A stretch of DNA of 64,000 nt from Macrostomum hystrix (lineage: Eukaryota > Animalia > Platyhelminthes): positions 2,294,001 to 2,358,000 of the forward strand of contig CATNEN010000002.1 of the NCBI GenBank assembly GCA_950097015.1, read 5' to 3'. This document shows, one piece after another, positions 24,950-38,469 of this stretch; position 1 is the first letter of the stretch, and every line of letters starts with the position of its first letter. The position numbers and the translations under genes were made by a program. The notes beneath the pieces were generated by a model. It had not been told where the DNA came from, did not search any database, and saw only the letters and a program-made list of their open reading frames with translations.

Positions 24950-26025
24950 ATGTCTGCAGTCAACTTCAACAACTCTGACAGCTTTGATGATAAGAAAACC
25001 AAGTATCTGACTGCAAAGTATAACAAGCAGGCGATGCTAATTATCAAACAAAGAATTGCAATAGAGGAGTTTATTTATGAAAAACTCAGAGAACTTCATG
25101 GTTGCAAGGTATTCCAATTGGGTTAATATTTATTTCATTTTTACTTATGTTATTTGCTGTAGCATTTATTTATTCTCACTTAATATTTAAATTTTAAAAA
25201 CTAAACAGAATGAATCTGATGACCATGATTCTGACATTGATATTGAGCAGCTGCTGAACCTAGCAACTGATGATGAGCGCAGAGCCAACTTATCTGTGAG
25301 TCAGATCACATTTCTTTCTTGTTGCAATTGGGCTGTAACAGCTAATTTATGATGAACTTATTGATATAGTTCGTATGATCTCATCAACATCTTTATCAGA
25401 TGATCTGTCACTACCTTTCTCAGTTACTTCAGTGATCTGTCACTACCTTTCTCAGGTACTTCAGTGATCTGTCACTACCTTTCTCAGTTACTTCAGTGAT
25501 CTGTCACTAGCTTTCTCAGTTACTTCAGTGATCTGTCACTAACTTTCTCAGGTACTTCAGTGATCTGTCACTACCTTTCTCAGTTACTTCAGTGATCTGT
25601 CACTACCTTTCTCAGGTACTTCAGTGATCTGTCACTACCTTTCTCAGGTACTTCAGTGATCTGTCACTACCTTTCTCAGTTACTTCAGTGATCTGTCACT
25701 ACCTTTCTCAGTTACTTCAGTGATCTGTCACTACCTTTCTCAGTTACTTCAGTGATCTGTCACTAGCTTTCTCAGGTCACTCAGCTGTCAAAAAATTTCT
25801 GTAACCCTTCATATTTCCACACTTTTCCTCGAGCCACAGGTCCTTAAATTTCATCCGAATTGGAAGCTGCCCAGCTTTATACTACTTTAAATAGACAGCA
25901 AGCATTTCATTCGTAAAACACGCGCGCAAATTCAGGTTCTGCTGAAGGATGCTAGCGCCCCCGCCCATCTGGTGGAGAAGTTCATTTCCGAGCTGTTGCT
26001 GAAACTGCGCTCTCTCAGTGAATGA
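24950..26025 (+). CDS. PPP1R14: Protein phosphatase 1 inhibitor, PPP1R14/CPI-17 family (111 aa); exons 24950-25108, 25209-25295, 25936-26025
   Basis: LTAKYNK...IEEFIYEKLRELH...IDIEQLLNL...ERR...LL...VEKFISELLLKL parallels CPI-17 VTVKYDR...VEKWI...LEELY...INIDELLEL...EER...VEDFIQELLAKL. Both introns are phase-0 GT-AG. Confidence 0.88.
25398..25785 (+). repeat. 32-bp intronic minisatellite CAGTGATCTGTCACTACCTTTCTCAG(T/G)TACTT, ~12 units
   Basis: Direct reading; each unit carries the mini-palindrome AGTGA-TCTG-TCACT. Confidence 0.93.
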
Positions 26026-26159
26026 TTTTACAATTGCAATTAATTCTGTTCGTTTCTATGTATATTTTTTAAATCTTCCAATTTCTTTCCATTTTGTGTA
26101 CCTTTTAATGTTTTCAGGCCAAAAACACAACATTATAAGCTCCCCTTATTCCCCTATTA

Positions 26160-27250
26160 TTTGATCCCATGACTCTCTAAATCCTTAGAAATGATCCCAT
26201 GACTCTCCAAATCCTTAGAATTGATCCCATGACTCTCCAAATCCTTAGAATTGATCCCATGACTCTCTAAATCCTTAGAATTGATCCCATGACTCTCCAA
26301 ATCCTTAGAATTGATCCCATGACTCTCCAGATCCTTAGAATTGATCCCATGACTCTCCAAATCCTTAGATTTTATCCCATGACTCTCCAAATCCTTAGAA
26401 TTGATCCCATGACTCTCCAAATCCTTAGAATTGATCCCATGACTCTCCAGATCCTTAGAATTGATCCCATGACTCTCCAGATCCTTAGAATTGATTCCAT
26501 GACTCTCCAAATCCTTAGAATTGATCCCATGACTCTCCAGATCCTTATAATTGATCCCATGACTCTCCAAATCCTTAGAAATGATCCCATGACTCTCCAG
26601 ATCCTTATAATTGATCCCATGACTCTCCAAATCCTTAGAAATGATCCCATGACTCTCCAGATCCTTAGAAATGATCCCATGACTCTCCAAATCCTTAGAA
26701 ATGATCCCATGACTCTCCAGATCCTTAGAAATGATCCCATGACTCTCCAGATCCTTATAATTGATCCCATGACTCTCCAAATCCTTAGAAATGATCCCAT
26801 GACTCTCCAGATCCTTAGAAATGATCCCATGACTCTCCAAATCCTTAGAAATGATCCCATGACTCTCCAAATCCTTAGAAATGATCCCATGACTCTCCAA
26901 CTCCTTAGAAATGATCCCATGACTCTCCAGATCCTTAGAAATGATCCCATGACTCTCCAGATCCTTATAATTGATCCCATGACTCTCCAAATCCTTAGAA
27001 ATGATCCCATGACTCTCCAGATCCTTAGAAATGATCCCATGACTCTCCAAATCCTTATAATTGATCCCATGACTCTCCAAATCCTTAGAAATGATCCCAT
27101 GACTCTCCAACTCCTTAGAAATGATTCCATGACTCTCCAGATCCTTAGAAATGATCCCATGACTCTCCAGATCCTTATAATTGATCCCATGACTCTCCAA
27201 ATCCTTAGAATTGATCCCATGACTCTCCAAATCCTTAGATTTTATCCCTA
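26160..27250 (+). repeat. 30-bp minisatellite TTGATCCCATGACTCTCCAAATCCTTAGAA, ~36 units
   Basis: Direct reading; explains three long repetitive ORFs. Confidence 0.95.
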
Positions 27251-27924
27251 GCTTTCCCAGTTGTGCACAGTTGCATCCCTATCTACTCTGGTAGTGCCTT
27301 CACCTTACCTGTCAAGGATGTAATGGAAGCTTTCTTCCACTTTACCTATTTTTGGTTGCTAAGTCGCTGCCTGTGTACAGTCTCCCACCTGTTGTTTATC
27401 AATGATTGTGTCCCAAACCAGTGCCTAATTTGATTAGAACTGTTAGCTTAAGCCTTTCCTTTTTTATTTAAAATTTTTAATGATTTTTTTAATAAAACTT
27501 TTTGATTTGTTGTTCTTGTTGCTGTTTTGTGCTATGAAAGTGCCCCTGATTTTACATTTTGCAGTTTTGTGCGGTATTTTTTAAACCAAGTACCCTTATT
27601 TTAACTTTTGCCACATAGCCTTAACCAGTGCTGATTTAAATGACACATTTTTGTTGCTAAACGTATTATTATTCTTAATTGTTTAATAAATAGTCATAAA
27701 GCCGAATTTTTAGTATTATTATTGTTGATTCTTAACTTTGCTTTTATAACCATTTTAAATTTTAGCAAATGTTTACAAATAAAATTTGTCTACTTGATAT
27801 CCAATATATAACTGCCTGTCATCCAAGTACTTTGTAGACTGGCTGATTTCTATGAAAATAGCAGCTTAAACAGCAGAAGTCTTTAAGATTTTATTTTCCT
27901 ATCCATACAAGTCTTCCTCTGCCT

Positions 27925-28770
27925 CCCAGTCCTTCAGGATCTCTCCCCAAGTCCTTCAGGATCTCTCCAAGTCCTTCAGGATCTCCCCCAGTCCTTCAGG
28001 ATCTCTCCCCAGTCCTTCAGGATCTCTCCCCAGTCCTTCAGGATCTCTCCCCAGTCCTTCAGGATCTCTCCCCCAGTCCTTCAGGATCTCTCCCCCAGTC
28101 CTTCAGGATCTCTCCCAGTCCTTCAGGATCTCCCCCAGTCCTTCAGGATCTCTCCCAGTCCTTCAGGATCTCCACCAGTCCTTCAGGATCTCTCCCCAGT
28201 CCTTCAGGATCTCTCCCCCAGTCCTTCAGGATCTCTCCCAGTCCTTCAGGATCTCCCCCAGTCCTTCAGGATCTCTCCCAGTCCTTCAGGATCTCCCCCA
28301 GTCCTTCAGGATCTCTCCCCAGTCCTTCAGGATCTCTCTTTCCAGTCCTTCAGGATCTCTTCCCAGTCCTTCAGGATCCCTCCCCAGTCCTTCAGGATCT
28401 CTCTTTCCAGTCCTTCAGGATCTCTCTTTCCAGTCCTTCAGGATCCCTCCCCAGTCCTTCAGGATCTCTCTTTCCAGTCCTTCAGGATCTCTCTTTCCAG
28501 TCCTTCAGGATCTCTCTTTCCAGTCCTTCAGGATCCCTCCCTAGTCCTTCAGGATCCCTCCCCAGTCCTTCAGGATATCTCTCCCCAGTCCTTCAGGATA
28601 TCTCTCCCCAGTCCTTCAGGATATCTCTCCCCAGTCCTTCAGGATCTCCCCCAGTCCTTCAGGATCTCTCCCTAGTCCTTCAGGATCCCTCCCCAGTCCT
28701 TCAGGATATCTCTCCCCAGTCCTTCAGGATCTCTCTCCAGTCCTTCATGATCACTCCTCAGTCCTTCAGG
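27925..28770 (+). repeat. ~21-bp variable minisatellite CCCAGTCCTTCAGGATCTCTC
   Basis: Direct reading. Confidence 0.93.
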
Positions 28771-29429
28771 CCCTCAGATCATTGTCCTGGATGCCTGGCG
28801 CTTGTGTCCGCCAAGCTAATGAGACAGGCGGTGAATCCTGCATTGTCAGAGGCTCTGGATGAACGAATCGCTGAGTGGGCGGCATCCAGCTTCCATCATC
28901 ATCACATGATCGTTTTCATCATTCATCTGCGCTTCACTTTCATCCTGTCTGTCTTGTCTCTCTCCTTCCTGCACGTCCATAAATTTAGCCGACTTTCAGA
29001 GCCGACAAAAGATATGAATAATGGCGGCGGGGTCATTTGTTGCTGCCAGCTGCCGGCCTGTCAAACAATAAATCATTACTGGCAGAGCCCAAGCCGCATT
29101 GGCCTATTCAGTAATGGGATTATCTATCTAGTCGGGCAGAATTTGCCAAAAAAGAAGAAACATGAAGCTTGAACTGCGCCTTTCTGCATCATGTGACGGC
29201 GCGTCCGTTACCTCTGCTTCCTGATGCTTTTGATATGCGATGCCAATACACCGTTGAATTTCTGTTCACGGCTCATTGCCTGTTGGCTTGAGCTTTCTGC
29301 TGCTATCAGATATCATAGTTTTCTTTTATCCTTTGTCAGGTCCCAATTTTATATTCACATTTGAAATCACTAACACGTGGCGCCTTTTTGTGCATCTCAT
29401 TGCGGGCTCCATGCAATATTTTCTTAACC

Positions 29430-29560
29430 TCTTTCCCCTTTCTCCCCTTTTCTCTCTCCCCTTCTCTTCCCTTCTCTCCCGTTTCTTCTTCTCTCCCCTT
29501 CTCTCCCCTTCTCTCTCCTTCTCTCTCCCCTTCTCTCCCCTTCTCTCTCCCCTTCTCTAA
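29430..29560 (+). repeat. CT-rich low-complexity tract
   Basis: CTTCTCTCCC-type repeats. Confidence 0.85.
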
Positions 29561-30399
29561 TCTTCTAGCCTTTCCTTCTATTTTTTCTGCATTATCTGCG
29601 AGGTCTAGGCCCTTCTTTTTTATAGTCTTTCTGTTTAAGCGTGAGTTACGCGTTCTGGCAAAACAGTTTTATTCGGATTGCAGCACTAAAAAGGTGGTGA
29701 AATCCCTAGGCAGAGATGAGATCTGGTTGCTAGAGATCAAAATAAAGAATGGCAGATAAGTGTTTTCTATTTCGTTAATTGTCTCTCGCTCAGAAGCATT
29801 AGGACCGCCAGCTGAAAAAAAGAGAAATTATGAGCAAATGAGCAGCAGTTTTCTGAAGCTTCGCTCCACAATGAAAGCCTTGAGGATCATTCGCATAATG
29901 ACTGATTCCCATATCAGCAATGAAATTTATGTCTGTAACTGGTCTGGTGCACAGCGGCTGGTTTCCCATTGAGCAGGCGACACAACCTAAGCCGTAAATC
30001 AATCGGTGTTGTTAATAGCATTGCTGTGAGGTCCTTTGCAGTATGGAAAACAGAGTGGCTTGTGTTCGTGCATATATTTCGATTACACACACACGACTAT
30101 AATACTGCGCGTGTGCTGGATGACGATAAAGAAATTTGTTGCTATTCCAAGCAACACAAGGATATACACTCTGACTGTGCCAAAATAGAGGCCATATTTT
30201 ATTATCTAGAGCGAATTGGGCATCTGACTTTGTCGGTCTTCTCCCACTGAACTGACTGTCCGATAAGAGGCGCCCTCACATACGGGCCTGATTGATGGAA
30301 CGGAATGCACACGCTAAACAGGAAGCACCGAATGACTGACTTCTGTGTCTCCTGGATATTTCAGGCCGACCTTCTGCGGGCAGCCTTCGCAACAAGAGA

Positions 30400-31517
30400 T
30401 TGGAGATTGGAAGTAGTAGAGGGAGATGGTAGAGCTGGAGATGGGAGATAGGGAGATGGTAGATAGGGAGATTGGAAGTAGTAGAGGGCGATGGTAGAGC
30501 TGGAAATGTTAAAGCTGGAGATGGTAGAGCTGGAGATGGTAGTGGGGAGATGGTAGTGGGGAGATGGTAGATAGGGAGATAGTAGATAGGGAGATGGAAG
30601 TAGTAGAGATAGGGAGATGGAAGTAGTAGAGATAGGGAGATGGTAGACGGGGAGATGGAAGATAGGGAGATGGAAGTTAGGGAGATGGAAGATAGGGAGA
30701 TGGAAGATAGGGAGATGGAAGATAGGGAGATGGAAGATAGGGAGATGGAAGATAGGGAGATGGAAGATAGGGAGATGGAAGATAGGGAGATGGAAGATAG
30801 GGAGATGGTAGACGGGGAGATGGAGGATAGGGAGATGGTAGACGGGGAGATGGAGGATAGGGAGATGGTAGACGGGGAGATGGTAGACGGGGAGATGGTA
30901 GACGGGGAGATGGTAGACGGGGAGATGGTAGACGGGGAGATGGTAGACGGGGAGATGGTAGACGGGGAGATGGTAGACGGGGAGATGGTAGACGGGGAGA
31001 TGGTAGACGGGGAGATGGTAGACGGGGAGATGGAGGATAGGGAGATGGTAGACGGGGAGATGGTAGACGGGGAGATGGTAGACGGGGAGATGGAGGATAG
31101 GGAGATGGTAGATGGGGAGATGGTAGACGGGGAGATGGTAGACGGGGAGATGGTAGACGGGGAGATGGTAGACGGGGAGATGGTAGACGGGGAGATGGTA
31201 GATGGGGAGATGGTAGACGGGGAGATGGTAGACGGGGAGATGGAGGATAGGGAGATGGAAGATAGGGAGATGGAAGATAGGGAGATGGAAGATAGGGAGA
31301 TGGAAGATAGGGAGATGGAAGATAGGGAGATGGTAGACGGGGAGATGGAGGATAGGGAGATGGTAGACGGGGAGATGGTAGACGGGGAGATGGTAGACGG
31401 GGAGATGGTAGACGGGGAGATGGTAGACGGAGAGATGGAGGATAGGGAGATGGTAGACGGGGAGATGGTAGACGGGGAGATGGAGGATAGGGAGATGGTA
31501 GATGGGGAGATGGTAGA
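30400..31517 (+). repeat. 15-bp purine-rich minisatellite GGGAGATGG(TAGACG/AAGATA)
   Basis: Direct reading; explains the [10 protein letters not shown] ORFs. Confidence 0.95.
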
Positions 31518-32111
31518 GTTCCTAGGTGCGATCGCAGCTGTCTGATGCACTGGCTGATTGGTGATTTATGTCCAACAGGCATGTCCAAGAGCTCCCCCAT
31601 ACCGCAGTGTGTTTGTGTGTGTGTGTGTGTGTATAGTAATTGTGGCTGTGTGTGTGTCACTGGCTGGGTTTCGTTTCGGTGCAGAGCAATAAACTAGATC
31701 CATCATCAGGACGCCATACTCGTGCGCATTTAGCTGTCTGTACTCCAGTTAGTACGAAAATTTCGCGACATAAATCAAATTTCTTTATCTTCGAAGTGAA
31801 GCAGAATGTCATAAAAGATGCAGTTCTGTACACTACGAATGCAGACCAGAGTTTGCTAACTTGTTGCTTTGTCATTTTTATTTCAACAGAAAGCTGCGGC
31901 ATTCGAGTGTCATAAAATGAGCTTAAATGCGAAACACGTCAGACAACTGCAGCCGCGCCCGGGTCAGCTTTGTTTATGGCCGCGCTTTGAATCTCTTTTG
32001 CTTTGACGGGTTCAGAATTATTTCTATAGTGTGGGCTGGTTTCTATAAACCGTTTGAGAAAATAAAATCTAAAGAATTTTTGTGGGGCGCCTTGGGCAAG
32101 GCAGTGGAGTG

Positions 32112-32615
32112 GAGGTAGCTTGGTAGGCAGTGAGGTAGCTTGGTAGACAGTGAGGTAGCTTGGTAGACAATGAGGTAGCTTGGTAGGCAGTGAGGTAGCT
32201 TGGTAGGCAGTGAGGTAGCTTGGTAGGCAGTGAGGTAGCTTGGTAGACAGTGAGGTAGCTTGGTAGACAATGAGGTAGCTTGGTAGACAGTGATGTAGCT
32301 TGGTAGACAGTGAGGTAGCTTGGTAGAGAGTGAGGTAGCCTAGTAGACAGTGAGGTAGCTTGGTAGGCAGCGAGATAGCTTGGTATGCAATGGGGTAGCT
32401 TGGTAGGCAGTAAGGTAGCCTGGTATGCAATGAGGTAGCTTGGTAGACAGTAAGGTAGCCTGGTATGCAATGGGGTAGCTTGGTAGGCAGTAAGGTAGCC
32501 TGGTATGCAATGGGGTAGCTTGGTAGACAGCGAGGTAGCTAGGTAGACAGTGGGGTAGCTTAGTAGACAGTGGGGTAGCTTAGTATACAGTGGGGTAGCT
32601 TAGTAGACAGTGGGG
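32112..32615 (+). repeat. 20-bp minisatellite GGTAGCTTGGTAG(A/G)CAGTGA
   Basis: Direct reading. Confidence 0.93.
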
Positions 32616-33099
32616 TGTGCTGAGCGATAAGTAAAAATTCAATCAAACAGCAAGTCAACACCGGTGCTGGTGTCCAGATGTCATCTATGTTGATATTCAC
32701 AATGCTACACAATGTTGTTACACGAAGGACAAATTAATAATTGTTATTATTATCATTATTATTAAGTTTCCACCGCGGAAATCAGCAAATTATAAGAGAA
32801 AATCTCTGTTTAACAAAATTGGCAATCAAGTGGATCGAAGGCAAGTTGTGAATAAAGGAACAATAATGGCGCGACTGTGGTTTTAGGGGGGGTAGCAACT
32901 AGCAAAAGGTGTGTCTCCATGAAGATGTCAAAAACATGTTAAGCTGGGAAATGTTATGCGTTCATTAAATAAATTTTGTGGGGTCAAAGTTCCAGGTTAA
33001 TATTGAAGAGTGTTGCGAATCCTGAGTAGTGAAAATCAGCTTCGATGTTCTTCCTAAATTTATAAAATATATTATAATTTGCAACTTGCTTTTAAAGCT

Positions 33100-33665
33100 A
33101 CAGATCCTAGATTTCATAGATCCCAGATCCCATAGATCCTAGATTTCATAGATCCTAGATTTCATAGATCCCAGATTTCATAGATCCTAGATTTCATAGA
33201 TCCTAGATTTCATAGATCCTAGATCCTAGATTTCATAGATCCAAGATCCCATAGATCCTAGATTTCATAGATCCTAGATTTCATAGATCCCAGATTTCAT
33301 AGATCCTAGATTTCATAGATCCTAGATCCCATAGATCCTAGATTTCATAGATCCTAGATTTCATAGATCCCAGATCCCATAGATCCTAGATTTCATAGAT
33401 CCCAGATTCCATAGATCCTAGATTTCATAGATCCCAGATCCCATAGATCCTAGATTTCATAGATCCCAGATTCCATAGATCCTAGATTTCATAGATCCCA
33501 GATCCCATAGATCCTAGATTTCATAGATCCTAGATCCCATAGATCCTAGATTTCATAGATCCTAGATTTCATAGATCCCAGATCCCATAGATCCTAGATT
33601 TCATAGATCCCAGATCCCATAGATCCTAGATTTCATAGATCCTAGATTTCATAGATCCTTTATCC
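33100..33665 (+). repeat. GATCCTAGATTTCATA / GATCCCAGATCCCATA 16-bp minisatellite
   Basis: Direct reading. Confidence 0.92.
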
Positions 33666-33888
33666 CAGACCTTAGATCCCATGATCAAAGATCATACATT
33701 CGAACATCCTAGATCCCATGTATCCCAAATCGTATGTTAATCCCATGCTAAGCAGTCCGAGTTAGATATTCAAATACGGTTATCATTCAATAAAATAATA
33801 ATAATTTTTCTTGGCAGGAAAAACAAGGCAGCAATGAGTTGCAAGTCAGGCAGACCCAGTATGAAAGTGGCCCCTTAAATTCCAGAGT

Positions 33889-34588
33889 CTAAAGCCACCA
33901 GGTCGGGTGCATTCTGGCAGCGCCATTCATCATGAAGTCGAACAGAGCCAGGTTGTGCTGCTGGAAGGCGGCCAGGCCATTGGGGGCCTGAGGCAGCGCC
34001 TGAGGTGGCAGAGGCAGAGGCAGCGGCAGCGGCAGCGGCGGAGGCAGTGGCTTCGGCTGCGGGGCTTGGGGTGGTGCCGGTGCCCGACCTCCTCCGGGGC
34101 ACTTGCCCTTGCTCACGTGCAGCCTCACCTGGCCTTTGTTGGCGAAGGGCCTGGCACAGAACTGGCACTTGTTTTTCTTCTTCAGCGACTGCTGCTGCTG
34201 CTTCTGATCCGGCTTCATTGGCGAAAGCATCGTCGGCGATGAAAACAGAGCCGCAGTTTCGCCGGCTCCGTCATCTGCTAAATCGGCGACCACAATGACA
34301 GAAGCCGCCTCCGAGGTCGATGATGAGGAAGCTGCTGACGGAGAAGCAGCTGGCGCGGCCGCAGCCGCAGCCACGGAAGCACAGCCAGCAGCTGAACCGT
34401 CAGATGAGACGGCCGTCTTGTCAACCAGGCGCTGCAGGCAGGAGAGAGGATTACTGTCACCGCTGAAACCTCCGGCTGTGTCGCCAGGCCGTCTCGGTGC
34501 CAAGTCCGGGCACAGATAGGCTGGCCTTCCGGGGTCTGATGACCTTGGTGGCAGTGGTGGCTTTTTCGATGACGGAAGCGGGAACACT

Positions 34589-34638
<50 letters not shown>

Positions 34639-35478
34639 CTTTGACGGAGTCGATCTGGCAAGGGTGTCCTGAGGGTTGGCAGCAGCCGCTGAGCAGCCGG
34701 AGGAGGCTGCCGGGGAGCTGCTGGAGTTAATGATCTCGGCATAGTGGCCGGTGCGCAGCATGTGCATTGTGAGGTCCGGCAGGCTTCGGTAGCTCTGACC
34801 GCACCTGATGCAGCGCAGGATTTCCCGGGTCTGCTCAGTCTCCGAGTTGATCCACATGTCCTGGCCCCGGACCAGCTTAGGCAGTTCGCGAACCGGCTCT
34901 ACCGCAGCCGGCCTGACAGCGGCGGAGGTCGCAGCGGCGGCCCGGGCAACGGAACAATGACCCGCGGACTTCATGTGGACCGTCAGGCCGACCAGACTGG
35001 CGTAGGTTCTGCCGCAGGTGGCACAGCGGAAGTCTGTCTCTCCGCCGCTGTTGCTGTTGCTGCTGCCGTTGCTGCTTTTTGAAGTCGTCAGTTGATGCGG
35101 CGGTGGTGGCTGCAAGTGCGGCAGCACAGGTGGAAGCATCGGCGGCACAGGGGGCAAGACAGCTATTGAGTTCAGGTAGGTCATGTACTGCGCGTACATC
35201 GCTGCCGCAGCTGCTGCAGCCGCCGCCTGCTGCCATTGGTCGTCCTCGCCTTCTGGCTCCACCGTCCGGGTTGAGAGCTGCTTGGCTGAGAGGTCAAGTG
35301 GCGCGCCGGCAGCTGAAGTCAAGCTGCTCAGCTGCTGCTCTGGTGCGGCTTCGGCTGCTTCGAAGTCTGGCAGTCGGGGGCGCTTCTTAGGCGGCACGCT
35401 GATGCTGCTGCTGCCGCTGGGAGGCGCCGCAGAGGTCGAGTCAACAGCCCGCTTCTGCGCCCATTGCTCGCGAGTCAT
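33889..35478 (-). CDS. tsh: Teashirt/tiptop-like C2H2 zinc-finger transcription factor (529 aa from the first ATG; a short upstream exon is possible)
   Basis: CtBP-binding PLDLS; ZF FRCATCGRTYASLVGLTVHMKSAGH; signature KLVRGQDMW...EQTREILRCIRCGQSYRSLPDLTMHMLRTGHY; NPLSCLQRLV; C-terminal CQFCARPFANKGQVRLH. A phase-0 acceptor-like CTACAG| lies just upstream (~35506). Confidence 0.9.
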
Positions 35479-36529
35479 CTCTGAAGTTAAGATTGGCACT
35501 TGGGTCTGTAGTTGCGAGTGAAAACTTAGTCTGCCTTTAATTCCGAGGTTGTTTGTTGTTTTTTATTTAAAAATTTGCGGAGCGAGGAGGCTGAAATCAA
35601 CACTCCGCAGCTCTCACTTGTCAAACAATTGCTAACAATATTTGCCAACCAATGACAGCTTGACAGGCCAGGAGCCAGGGGCATATAGCTATGCTGTTAT
35701 CACACAACTGGCTGAGAGAGTAGTGGGGTGAACACCGCTTGAGATTTGAGGGGCCTGCCAGTTAAGCGGTGGCTTTAGATCACCGAGACAGACGCAGACA
35801 TTGAGTGAGTGGCGTGGCCAGCTTAAACCGCTGCTGCTCAGACAGACCTTCTGTCGGTCTCTTTCATCTCCTGTCCCCTGGCCATGCGTTCTCGGGGCCT
35901 TATCGAGCAGTGGAGCAGTCTCAGGAGGGCTGTCAGACAGAACTGTATAGCCTCTGGAAAGACTTTTGTTTGCTGGTTATAACTAAGCTAGCTGCTGCTG
36001 CTGCTGCTGCTGCTGTCGTTCTGTGTGTTAAGCTCTACAGTCAACAAGAGGTCATAAATCAATTGGTGTCCCTGCCGTCCCCACACGCTAAGGCGCTCTT
36101 TTCTTTTGGCTTTTTCGCATTCTTATACAGACACGAATTTTTATCTCCTATTATCTGCTAGCGCTTCTGGAGCGACTCAAAGTGCTTCAAATTCGAGCGA
36201 ATTTTTCCTACAAAAATGTTGCTTTGCTGATCTGGGGGGAGTATCCAGGTGCTTTCAATAAAGGTATTTTGTTGGCGGCTTCAAGCTAAGCTTGCTGATT
36301 GCTAAGAGCAAAGAATAGCTGGCACTTGACTTTCAATTCCTCCAAGTCGTCGATTGAGAATAAAAATTGAATCTAAAGTTTCATAAAAATAAAATTTTGC
36401 TCAAATTTAGTGAGTATTTTAACACCCATAGAATCTATAAACTATATGACATATGAAATAGATTGCCTAAGACATGAGGCAATCACCCAAATAAATTATC
36501 TGGGATATATTGATCTACCAATAGGCATA

Positions 36530-36850
36530 GGCAATAGTGTCACGGATGGGGCAATGACCAACCAATAGTGTCACGGATGGGGTAATGACCAACCAATAGT
36601 GTCACGGATTGGGTAATGACCAACCAGAATTGTTAGGGATGGGGTAATGACCTACTAATAGTGTCAGGGATGGGGTAATGACCTGCCAAAATTGTTTGGG
36701 ATGAGGTAATGACTCGCCAGGATGGGGTAATGACCTACCAATAGTGTCAGGGATGGGGTAATGACCTGCCAAAATTGTTTGCGCTGGGGTAATGACTCGC
36801 GAGGATGGGTAATGACCTACCAATAGTGTCAGGGATGGGGTAATGACCCC
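36530..36850 (+). repeat. 31-bp diverged minisatellite AATAGTGTCACGGATGGGGTAATGACCAACC
   Basis: Direct reading. Confidence 0.88.
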
Positions 36851-38469
36851 AAAGACTGTTAATGAGTGATGGCCAAAAAGTCATAGCGTGTTATCTATCT
36901 TCTCAAGTTCTGGCTGCACAGAAAGCTTTCGTCCCACACAGATCAAGTGTCTGCTTGTCTTAATCATCTGTCCTTGGTTCTGATGATGGCGTGAGAGTTG
37001 AGAAGCCGGTTAGACGAAATTTCGGATTTCGGAAGAAGCTCACAGGCTCCCACAGACGAAGCAAGCAAACAAACAAACAAGATCTCTTTCCCACGAGTTG
37101 TCTGTCTTTCAGCGAGGCCTGCATCGCACATACCGCCAGCATCATTCATCAACATCTGCTAGAAACACAGTATAGTAACTGCATTCCCACAGTAACTTTG
37201 CTACATAGTTAAACAAAGTGCAGACAGTTACACTCAATCTCAGTCTTAGCAATGATCCAAGAGTTAAATATGAGAATGAAAAATTCCATTAATTCTGATT
37301 TTCCTTACTTCATGCCTGCTTAAAATTCAATGCGCTTGTGTTCAACTTAATTTAGTAGCAATGCCACAGATCTATAGATAGCGATTAGTATAATCAGGTG
37401 ACTCGCGTCCTGTTTTAGCTAACCATATCTGAGACCTGGCCCCCAAGCACAATAAATTATATAGTTTGATTTGAAGTTCAGTATCTTATATTCTTACATT
37501 AATTTATTGCCATTGCTTTGAAACGAATTAATTATATTCGACTCTGCCATGCAACTATGAAGCGGCATTTCTCCTTTGATTCTAATTTATGAGCTGTCTT
37601 AATAAACATTGCTAATTCTGTGCGTGACTGTCGAGTGCATGCGTTGACAGCACACAATGCACCAGACAAGATTCGTGGTATAGCTGCAGAGAATATCTAC
37701 TAGGCCTAGTTGTTAGAAAATTAGTCTTATTAGATCGGTGGTAGTCATGTTAAAGGAGGATGGAGTAGCCAAAAAGTTAGACTGGAGAAGCAGGTAAGGG
37801 TGGACAATAAGATCAGGGTAGATTGAAGAAGTAGATTAGGGTAGACTAGAGAAGAAGATTAGCTGGGTTAGAATACAGATTAGGGTGGAGAAGTCGAGTC
37901 TCCAAATCTCTTCTTTCAACATAAATAAATTAATACTGCCTACCTGAGCTCGTTCCGTTCAGCTTGCTCAGCTCAAACTCAACTTGATTTCGTGTGTTGT
38001 GGCCTCTTCTTTGACTTTTTTATTGTGCGCAGAGCACAGAGGAGCCGCTGAGCACCTGAGCAGCTGAGCAGTTACTCCTTGTCTCTGTATTTAGTCTGTC
38101 GACAAGGCGAGAGTCGTCACAGGCGTGCGAAATTGTGCAGCAGTTGATTGCAGCGGACTGGCCGACAGGCAGAGCGGTGCACTGAGCTGGCTAGTGCGCT
38201 ATGATTCGGTTCTCCTCGGGTAGTTGTGGCAGGCCTCCTAAACTTCCTCGCTTGCCTAGTTGTTATTGCGGCCCAAGGTTTAAAAAACCTTGTGGGGAGT
38301 GGAGGGTGGAGTGGGGTGGGGCCCGCGCCACTGGCCAGTTTTATTGGCCCTGCAAACACGGACGGCATTTGATAAAGGCCCCGGATAGGGTGGCGGCAAA
38401 GATCACTCAAAAATATCCCTACCCCGCCCCAATGGACCCCCTACTGACACATACACCACTTGTCTGTCC

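Noticed and set aside
26157-27251. 357-, 320- and 282-aa repeat ORFs
   Set aside because: A 30-bp unit without stops in three frames; lies 3' of PPP1R14 with no splice or promoter support.
30276-31660. Acidic [10 protein letters not shown] and Ser/Pro-rich ORFs
   Set aside because: Translations of a 15-bp purine minisatellite.
33875-35521. Multiple overlapping ORFs in other frames and strands
   Set aside because: Shadows of the GC-rich teashirt exon.
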